From Auanema rhodensis (Eukaryota; Animalia; Nematoda): DNA of 64,000 nt. Shown here piece after piece: positions 52,217 to 64,000 of this stretch; positions within the stretch are counted from its first letter, which is position 1; every line of letters begins with the position of its first letter. The stretch spans positions 7,192,001-7,256,000 of the forward strand of contig OZ059894.1 in the NCBI GenBank assembly GCA_964057225.1, read 5' to 3'. A program made the translations under genes and the position numbers. The notes beneath the pieces were generated by a model. It did not search any database, was not told where the DNA came from, and was given only the letters and a program-made list of their open reading frames with translations.

Positions 52217-54198
52217 TTAGATTATTTGGAAGTTGTGGTCTGTCTTCAGTGTATCACTTCTCTCGGATAAATAGTCCAGAATGCGTGAACATCTGAAATT
52301 TCTAGTTCAAATAAGAAAATTGGGAAAGTTCAAAAGCTTGTTACGTTGAATCGGTATTTGTTGCTATCATCAACATTGTTTTTTTGTTATTCAACTTGAA
52401 GTTTATTCTGTGAGTCCCAAACGCTTGATGGCATATATTGACCAATGATTGCATGTCACATGTGGAAATCTTAAAAAATAATGAATCGAAAAATTGAAAA
52501 GATTACAACGATAAACTTGAGGTGGTCCTAGCAACATATCTATGAAATATATTACAAATTTTCCTAGAATAGAGCTTATTCCTATCAGCGGCAATCTCCA
52601 TTTACGTTTCAACTTTAGCTTTATGATATCTGGTCGATGACCAATAGGATCATGACCGTCCTAGAAATATTACTCTTCATAAGAAAAACTAAACTCATTC
52701 TACGAAATAACAATATTGATAGTTAATTAGTGGAATTGGCACTCGGTTTCCAATTTCATTATGAATGAAAAATAACGATTTTTGAAAGTTTTTGAAACAT
52801 TTTCCATTAGTTCTAGAGTAAGTTTAAATTTGACAACAAGATAGTGTAAGAACACTACTGACTTGAGTTCCAAATATTTTAAAGTAAATCCAATAAAAGT
52901 CGTGCCTGTCATGAGTGCGTCAAAAGATGCATCATGAAACTCTTTTCCTGAGCCATTTAACAAAGCGGCATCGTCAGCATTATTTGTAAGTATTTTCTGA
53001 GATAAAGCAGGCATATCCCTATAATTTAAACTTCTTAATTTAAAACACAGAGAAATTATTGATACTGTTTCAAGTAATCGACTAAATCACGAAGAGTAGA
53101 TGAAGGAACGAATTGGTTTTCTTTCAACTAAATTAGAACAGTATTAATTTGAAGTAAAAATTATAATTTTACCATTATATAAGCTTGAAAAAGAATTTTA
53201 GTGTCAAAAATAATTGGAAATATGGTTTTTAATGTCATTTTCCAGTCATCATATTTGTCTAAATTTTTGTTTAAGTTAATACCAACTAACATATAAGATG
53301 CCTGGTAGATCATCGTAAAAACAGTCATAAACGTAGAGTAAATCGAGCATGCTATTATGGCCAACTATAGGAATTTTATGTTCAATTATGAGATTCATCA
53401 CATCAGAGAAGCCATTTAACATTGAAAACCTGGAACTTACGGTTTTATACATAACATGAGAATGTACAAACTCATTGTTTTTTCCATTATCATCTGTATT
53501 AAGTGTCTTCTTGAAAATGACAGTGATCTGAAAATGAAATATTATTATGTTCTAAGGCTGGCGTTCCACATACTTTACTGTAATTTTCAGAAAAAGACAC
53601 AAAGGAACCTGGAAAATATGTTTGCAAATCATACTGAATAAGCCAAGCTTCATATTTGTTTATAGTCAAACAAGGAGCAACATTCTCTAAAGAAATGGTT
53701 ATTTTTTCTATTGGGTGAGAAACACCAGGAGCTTGAGATTTGATTCGTTCTTTCTATAATTTGGTATAAAAAAAAATAAATTTGTAAACACTTACACTTT
53801 TTTGAGCCAATAAATGAATTCTTACAGATTCTATTACGTTGGAAAAATTTGATATGATATCACTGTAAAAATTTATGTATTCGGATCCAAAAAGAAATCA
53901 CTGACTCATAGCTAGAAGTTTCACATTTTATGATTTTAACAAATTTATTTTGCTCGGATTTGTTTAGGTATGGAATACCTTGAACTATGTTCTATAACCC
54001 TTTTATAATTTAGAAAATTAAAATTTTCAAACGAACTTGATTAAAGTTATGTTTATGCTTATTTAAAAACATAGCAGCTTCGTTAGTTAGCGTCAACGAA
54101 CATGATATTCTTTTCCATAGTGAGAACGTAAAAGTATCAACCTCGAACCTAAATATAGGCTTAACAAAAGCTTGAAACAGCAATATAGTACTTATCAT
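52217..54198 (-). CDS. Unidentified multi-exon protein; 5' end uncertain
   Basis: In-phase exons spliced by hand: DMPALSQKILTN..YLEL, DGHDPIGHRPDIIKLKLKRKWRLP..GPPQ, ISTCDMQSLVNICH.., CSRILDYLSER..QII* (stop at 52217). Family not recognised. Confidence 0.5.
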
Positions 54199-54713
54199 CC
54201 ACTTGTCGGAAGCAAGACAAACCTATTTGACAAGGAGGAACACGTTTAACCCAATCACGTAATTTCTGATATCTACAAAACTTAATTCGCTGTTAAGGAC
54301 TATGAATTGAATTAACCGATCATCAACATCATCAAAAAGACTTAAACTGTTTGGCCTACCATGGCCCGGATACCCGAAAAATTCAATATCAAACGCTTAA
54401 AAACCTATTTTTTAAAAATGTGGGTGAAAATACCAACAGATAAATGTTGAACGTGATATAAGAAGTTTAATTTTTGGTAGCATTTCTTCAAAATTGAGTA
54501 TATTTACCTCCGACATGCTAAATTTTAAAATTGGTGAGCTTTTTCCCTTTCTAGACCGTCAATAAATTACATAATGGTCAAAGCCAAGAAAAAAAAACTA
54601 AAAAAAAAGATTATAAGATCTTATTAACAAGTAGCTATAACAAGCACACTGAAACATTCGGCATGACTTATAACAAATATGAATAACAATGAGACAAAAA
54701 ATAGAAACAATGC

Positions 54714-56092
<1,379 letters not shown>

Positions 56093-57117
56093 CTTAAAAA
56101 ACGGTTAAATAAAAAATTATATAAATATTATAAATTAAAACGACCAAAATTAAAGTAGCCGTACGTTTGAAAACATATACGCAGCAGCAAACGCTCTCAC
56201 GTACGAAACAAGCTAAGTGTGCTTGCACGAAAATTCAAGTTTGAGCAAAAGTATTAATTACTATAATATGGGCTGTTCTGGTTTCCAGAGATTCCAAAAT
56301 AGAAAAGTGATTTTAGTTTCTAAGTTGGTGAACCCAAATGTACTTGTCTACGTTCTCGAAGTGAAGAAACAAAATTGATCGTTTTGAAATTTCGGAGGTG
56401 CTATCTTATTTATATCCATATTATCAATGCATAAGCTAACTAAAGTCATAAAATATCAAAATTTTTATCCGTAATATTGTCGAGCTGTAATGAGGTTGCA
56501 TGATGAGAAATATATGGCATATCGAGGTTGCATTGAAATCTTTGCATATCAATTCTATGCCTGTTCAAAGCTCGTATCCGAACTTCTTTCAGAGGCCAAA
56601 AAGTTGCAACTCCGAATAGCTGCTGTAGATGAAGCTTCACAGCTTTATATTGAATTGCTAACTTCGGTTTACCTGAGTTGTAAAATTAAATTTTTCTTTT
56701 GTTTTATATTAATATATTTTCAATAAACATTTTCTATATTAATAAGAAAAACTATAAAGACACTGCAAGTGTAAGAAACGTTTTATTGAAATTAATTTAT
56801 AAAATTTTTTTGTTTCTCATAAGCTTTATCAGCCATTCTCATGTTATCATTCTATTTGTGTTAGCAAATGAGAGCGGTTGCATTCTGATTTATATTGAAT
56901 GAAATAATAATTTTTTAATCAATGTTAACAAGTATTATTAGTTTTTTTGTACCATTTTAGTTATAATGCATCATCATAATTAATTTTTTTGTTACATATC
57001 TGATATTTTTTGTTCTTTTGTTACAAAAAGAATAATAGAAATTTGAAAAAAATTTATTTACAAACAAATTCGAAATAAAACTTGTTATTTATGACAAGCT
57101 GATAAACGATATGGCGT

Positions 57118-58061
57118 CATGACATTAAACTTTCGTCGGGGCTCTGGACAAAGAATGGAACTAAAATAAAATAAAAATATTATTAAAGACTATTAAGCAC
57201 ATACGTGTAAATCCGATTTTCTTGCTCTTATTGTTGATTGTTCAAGTACTTGATGAAGTTCGTTAGTCAGAGTATTATTAGTTAGAATGTGCCTCGCTCT
57301 TGGTTCGGGAACAGTTTTGACCTCTAGATTCTGCAACCAAAGTGAATTTTGAATATTTTACATTTTAAAAAAAATTTAACAAACCTTTTCTTCAATGGAA
57401 GGACCTCTCAGCATTTCCCGAGAATCCAATAATTCTCGAAGAGCTCTCTGAATTTGCTCATCTTCTTCTTGTCTGAAATGAAGACATATCATCTTAAGTG
57501 TTACTGATCTAATACAAATCATGATCAAAGATAGAAAACTTACACAACCGTTGTTTCAGTGTTTTCTATAACTGGAAACTCATCTAGCTGTCTAGCACAA
57601 GAAGCCTAAAATGATAATATCATTTTTTTATAACTGTAGCATTAAATTAAGAATGTAGGTTCAATGTGCTCACCTGACAAATTTCACCGTCGTCACCATC
57701 TGCTAGAATCACAACAGCATATGCAAATCGTGGCCTTTCAAGTATGAGATCAGCAGATTCTTCGGTTAAATCTTCTACGAATGATTCTAGCACGACTTTA
57801 AGAGCATTATTATCAAATCCCATATCACTGAAACATTAAGATTTTTAACCAAATTCTTAAAGTAATATCACCCAAATGGTCAATGTATGCATGCAATGCA
57901 TAGGTTTGAACTATAAAATAAGTAGAAAAAAAATAAAAAAATTGGAATTGTCTATTGATATAATGATCTAAGAACATAAAAACACAATTCACATGTTCAG
58001 AACGGCATTCGTCATGCCAAGTAAAGAAGCATGGCCACATGAAACCGGTGCGGGACATGAC
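57118..58061 (-). CDS. 3' exons of an unidentified gene
   Basis: Short GT-AG-bounded open exons: DMGFDNNALKVVLESF..GEICQ, ASCARQLDEFP.., QEEDEQIQRALRELL..EEK, NLEVKTVPEP.. The 5' part is unresolved. Confidence 0.55.
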
Positions 58062-61000
58062 TATAAACGAAAAAAAGTCATCAATTAGGAGAATCTACCA
58101 GCACAAGCAGCATTTATATTCACTATATATAGGATAAAGTATATATTATAACAAATTTAAAACACTAGAAAACTTCTTTCAATATCGTATTAGATTGATT
58201 TATGCATGCTTTTAATATGACAAACAACGAAAAGTAGTGAGTAATGCGTACCCATCTCCGTGTTACAGATGACTAACTATAGGGAAAATATGAAAACTCG
58301 AAGAAAGAAATTTTATTTTAGAAATAGAGAATCCTCTCACAGTGTGATATTGCAAAAAATGAGCTTTTCCAAGGTGAGGTTCCAAAAATTGAAATTCATA
58401 AAAACGATTAAGCTATCAAAGAAGGCCCACTTACTGATTAGCTCAAGGCAAACAGAAGAATAAAGAACGGAATTCATTTAGCAAGAATAATATCAAAGAG
58501 AAATAAGAATATACATATGTATATAATAATGGAGATAAAGAATGGCATTGGGCGGATTTCCCGAATCTGGCCGGCTTGTCAAACTAGATAGTTGGGGATA
58601 TTCAGCTAAGTTTCTGTGTATGTGTATATGATTGTATATGGTTGGATACATGTATGGATGGTATGGTATGTTAAAGGAGCGTTATCGGAAGATAAGAGAA
58701 ACAGAGAGACAGAGATACAGAGAGAAAGAGAGATATACAGAGAAAGAGAGAGAGAGAAAGAGAAAAGTTTGATATACACAAAAATGTAGCCAAAGTAAGA
58801 AGAGGAGTTTATAAACATATTAAAAGATAAAAAAGGCATTTTTAAATAAAATTGAAAATTGTTAAAAGCAGATTGGTATTTTAGTTAAAAGAACATAAGA
58901 AGTTCATATACGTGAGAGATAAGCATACACTTGCTTAAACAAATTTTTCAATTTCAATAAAACTATGATAGAATATGAATAGGAAATGAAACTAGAGAGG
59001 AAACAACTAGAAGCTGGTCAAAAGTCTTTGAAATAGAATACGATCCAGAATGAATAGAAGTCAGACAATAGACGGTAACAGTGTTGCTTCTTCATTCAAT
59101 CTATGCTTTTCTATTTGTGAAAAACGAAACTATCTAACAGACTGTCAATGCTGACAGGTGCTTTTGGTTATAAAATAATATATTTCAAAGCGATAAAATA
59201 TAATTTCATCGTCATCATTTAGTGACAACATGAAAGAGTTCGGAAACTATGTCGTGCAACAAGGTTCAATGATTATTTGATAAGAATATTGTTTTTTTGT
59301 TCAAATTATAAATGATCAACAACCGTTTATGCTTACATGTTACAGCATAATGACACAACAAAATATAACCGCCATTTCCGTGGTTCACGTGGAATTTCAC
59401 GTGAGATAAGATGTACTAAGCAAAAAATCAATACATATATAAACAAAAGTTGTTGAAATTGACCATTTTGTCTGTGAAATTGAAATAAACGAATCGTAGA
59501 TCATTCAGTATGATGGTTGACATTTTCTCCGAAAGCTATCACATTAAACTATTGTTATGCAAATGGCCGTGAAGAAACCTTAAGACCTAGGTAGAAAAAA
59601 GTTTTTTTTATAACAAAATAAACTTTTTTTGATTCACATATTTAGGTCAAAAAGAAGTAACAAAACGAATTATTTGTATACATATAAAATTAAAGATTTC
59701 TGGTGCAGCACATCATAACGATGACGTTTGTATGTGTACGAGATTAACCTCCTCCCTCTACGCGAAAGTTGCTTTTCTTTATAGATCATTAAGGTTTAAC
59801 CTCTTAAACCCATTCATTTGGCCAAACATAAAAAATAAGCGAAAAAGCAATGACTATAGTTTTAACGTTTCATAGAAAAACAACACATAAATGAATAGAA
59901 AACGTGCAAAACTTTGAAATGATGATAGGAAAATACAGAATAAACACTTGATTTTATTATAATTCAAAATCAAACTTATATATACATATATATGAATAAC
60001 CTCATTTAGGTATAGTTGAAATCATGACTAAGTAATTCAGGAAAGAAGATTCTAATCCGATCAATATATAATATTGGACAAGGAGTGTGTGAATGGGGTG
60101 ATAAATGGCGATCGGAATCTCCGTTTTCGTCCTCATTATACGTTCTAACCATCATTATACTACCATTTTTCCGGGAAGAATAACTCAGAACCATATGCGA
60201 GTATTATAACCTCTTCTTCTCACTTTTACCAGTAAAATCTGGCTGAGAATTAAAGAACAGGATTGTCTGTGGATTGTTGTTATATCTATCTACATGAACA
60301 TCAATTGAATTTTTGCAAAAAAAAACGTGTGAAAATAAAGTTTTGATTGAATTGAAATCTAAAGAGGAAAAGAGAGAGAAAGAGAGATAGAGGTGTGTGT
60401 AGTTAAGTCATGCTCGAAATTTTAACAACTCCATATCATTATAGTTTTGTTTTCATATTATATAGTGAAGTTTATATAATATAGTTCAACATCTTAGAAA
60501 ATTAGAAGAGATTTTTTCATGAATCGTTGCTTTTAAACTTTTTAAATTTCTTCACAAATACTTTTTCGTTGAATAAAAACAAGGAAGGATTAACTTGTTA
60601 ATTATTTTCATCGAACATGGAATATGAAGAACATGGCAATGCTATAATATACCATGACTAAAGACATTAAAATCGTCTTCATTATTGAAATTCTACCACT
60701 TTTTCTAAACTATAAACCCCCTTCCTCGCCTTTCATGTTGTAATCAGTCACTAATGGTTTTGTAAATTCTATTAGCTCTACTTGACATACGATGTTTGAG
60801 TAGAAGAAAATGGTTAAAAACCGAAGAAAAGTATTTAGAAGTAAACTTTAAGTATTATAGGAGTTAAAGCTTTGTCTTAAGGATTAAGAATTCAACGTCG
60901 ACGAAACTAATTATGTTGATGTTCGTCGACCAAGGGCAAATATTTGATAGCCGTTGAGAAGTTGTTCATAAGATTTTTTTTTACAAAAAGACTTTATCAA

Positions 61001-64000
61001 ATAATTTCATTAAACAAGAAAAAATCTATTTATAAAGGTGGATGGAAAACAACGTGCTTGACCCAAGATTTTGATCTCAAAAAGTGTTAAAAATGGTTAT
61101 TTCAGATTCAGATGAACTTTGTCTAACGCTATTTCAAAAGAAGAAAAAAATTTGAAAATGTCACTGCATTTAAAATAAAGAACACTTGAATATGGTAAAA
61201 CATTAAACCATTTTTAGTGAAATGAATAAAAGAAAAAACGTCTTACCCATGTGGTCGAGGTTCCTCAAAGTTCGGGAAACACATCTTCTATTTCGTTTGA
61301 CGATCTTAAAAAAAAATACATAAAAAAAGAAAAAGAGGTAACTAAAACAAAAGTTCATGAAATACAGATAAAGAAATTACAATAAAACGTGAAAGGTGGG
61401 ACGTTGAGACGAGAATTTGTTAGTTGTTGCAGAGTGAAGTAGCCGGTTGCCAATAAAGGAAAAATCAGAAACAAGTTGCATGAACTGGTTAAAAACAATC
61501 ATTATAATCGTAAAACAAATGAATGATGTGAGTGAAATATGAGATGTTAAGTGAGAGGATATAACGCTGAACCTTGAAGTTCAGTTTAACAGCTGATGAG
61601 ATTATCTGATTTTTTAAAATTTAAACGTTTTATAGTATACATACATGTATCTGGATATTATCTCAAACTTTCGTGATTTTGCAGAGAACAAAAGGAAAAA
61701 AGAGAAGAAAACGAAAAATCTGGAACAAAAGAAACCATTTAATTAATTTTAAAAAGTACATGATCTACGAGGATTATTGATCAGAAACGTTTTAAAACGT
61801 CTTTGAAAGAAAAGATTAATTGGAAAAGAAACTAGTAGATAACTCTTGATAATCCTTCTGGTTTCTGATGATAAAGCTAGCCAGATGTGCTAGTCACTAA
61901 CCAGTTGGCTTAACTAGGGAAATGAAATTACCTTAAAGGTCACAATCCATTAATTTGTTTTAAAGAATTTTAACTTCATGAATACAAGATACATGCATAT
62001 GTATGTATGTGTGTCTGTTTTCGCAACTTCTTTGAAGGAAATAAGAGTAGAGTGTTGTGAAAACTAACGTGTGGTAGCAATATGATAGGAGTCGAGAAGT
62101 TAACTTGATAAAACAGCAAGAATATGAATTCATGATCGTAGGAGTTCAAGTAAATATTTGATGGAAAGACCATCAAATCAGCTAATTTGTCATTGAGAAG
62201 CTGATAGATAATCATATTGCAAGCATGAGTATTGATGATAATCAGGTTCATGACAGTAACGAGGAGGTCAAATGAACGACTGAGCGAACAAACAAATAAA
62301 AAGTCATCTGCAGACGTTGTTAGAGTCATCTCCGTCGTCGTCATACTTTACTGTCACTGCCGCTACTGATGATGACGACCACGACGTCGAAGATGATGCT
62401 TGGCTGTTACTCCTGCTACTGCTGTATGGACCGCCTTCAAACAAACCCAAAAACCTCGCTTGACAAACGGCGAAAGTCCATATTGATGAAGAGTTTCTAG
62501 GATTTTGCTAGTATAGAACGTTCAGTGAAGCGGAAATGATCTCATTCTTTCCATTATTCTCTCAATCTCTAAGCGCAGTTCGATCTCTATCAGTACAATC
62601 CCTCGAATTCGCTATATCTTTCTCATTAATTCCCTATTCCATACATTAAAAGCAACTTCGTTCATTTTAGAAATTCGCTACTTTAATATCTATACCTTCT
62701 GATAGATTAGTTAGAGTCAAAATTATAATTTGATCTATAAGAGCTCTCAAGCAATCTCTAGTTGTTACTTCTCTCGTATCCTTATTTTTCCATTACTCCC
62801 TATTCCATCACCCTTTTATCTATTTCAACTTTTATCTTTTTTTAACTTACAACTCATTTAAAAACTATGTGTTTATCTACTTATGTTTTTCTCAAACTTA
62901 TGTTAAAAATATATAATCAGTAAATAACTAGTTGGCAGTATGACCCTGATCTATTGACTATTGAGTTACGAAGAGAAATGTGACACAAAATTTGGTCTAA
63001 GACTATTAAAGGACACATACATCTTGGATTTCCCTTCTTTTTCTCATCAACATTCCAACATATTTTTTTATTTTTTCTCATTTTTCTTTCTTTTTATGTT
63101 CTTCTTACTTCACTCATTCATTCATTCATTCCTTTTTCTCTGTATTGTGAATCCTTCTATGAATTCTCAAGAGATATAACTAAAGTTGAATATATGCATG
63201 TAAGTGATTTTTCGAACTGAGTTCAGCTATATATATTAAGCTAAAAGTACAACTGGAAAAAGAAGAAACACTTTTACACTTTTCTTCGTCAAGTTCAACC
63301 ACGAACGGTTGTGAGTCAAGTTCAAAATTAAGAGAATGAAATATGCTGAAAGAAAAAATATTTCTTTAGATATATTGAATAATTAACAAATGAATAAGAC
63401 GGTGTATTCAGAAAATGTTGTAAAAAGATTTTACAATGGGGAAGTAAGCTCAAAGAGTAAAGTGCATACTCAAAATGAATTTGGTTAGAGAGTAGGAGAA
63501 AGTGAAGAAAAAGGCAGCGTAAACTTCTATTAGAGTCAGATGCGTGTATGAAGATGATAAATTTATTCGATTTTTTCGAATTTCATCAATTTTTTCATCG
63601 AGATGTGTGTATGTAAAAGTATAGAAAAATATTTAAACGCATCCACAGATGAATATTATAGATAAAATTTGAAGCGAACTGTCTGAACTCAACTTGGGAA
63701 AATATAATTATATAGACCAAATAGATCGAGCGAACTTGCTATAACGAACAATTGTGCGTTCATTCTAACTCCTTTGGAACTATGTGAAGAAAAAAGGAAA
63801 ACCTAGAACTTAACTTTTTTTTCTGAACTTTCCTACCTTTTCATCTTCGTCTTGTCAGTTGTCAAAGTAGACTCGAACGCACATGTGGGAATTACGACAT
63901 GCATCCCTATTAGTGCTGTGATAAATCTCGCTCAATGACGAACTTAGGCATCAAGCTTCCGAAACAATTTGTGATTCGGAAACCAGCTAAAGTTTGAACC

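Noticed and set aside
61976-62500. 122-aa ORF and an adjacent Ser/Asp-rich patch
   Set aside because: No recognisable domain or supportable splice model; could be an upstream exon of the 57-58 kb gene, but unproven.

Overview
AT-rich eukaryotic DNA with short introns and TTTCAG acceptors, most likely a nematode. 1-11.0 kb: tandem tRNA-Cys(GCA) array, about 49 full genes interleaved with about 21 5'-half units and 7 3'-fragment units (manual count). 11.35-12.06 kb: secreted TIL-domain gene. 12.95-32 kb: CYP25A-like P450 on the minus strand. One P450 exon is split by a very recent 12,075-bp Ty3/gypsy-type LTR element, and one intron holds a frameshifted trypsin-like protease gene. The LTR element is the highlight. 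Its single 2901-codon frame reads Gag, internal signal peptide, herpes gB-like envelope, TM, PR, RT, RH, IN, so env sits in frame between gag and pol. It also has identical 366-bp LTRs with CG...CG ends, a split tRNA-Gln PBS, a 1.24-kb AUG-free stretch upstream of gag, and a spliced antisense 162-aa gene in the leader. 32-49.7 kb looks gene-poor. After that come a peptide GPCR, KRR1 and two unidentified multi-exon genes. All comparisons were made by eye, without database searches.
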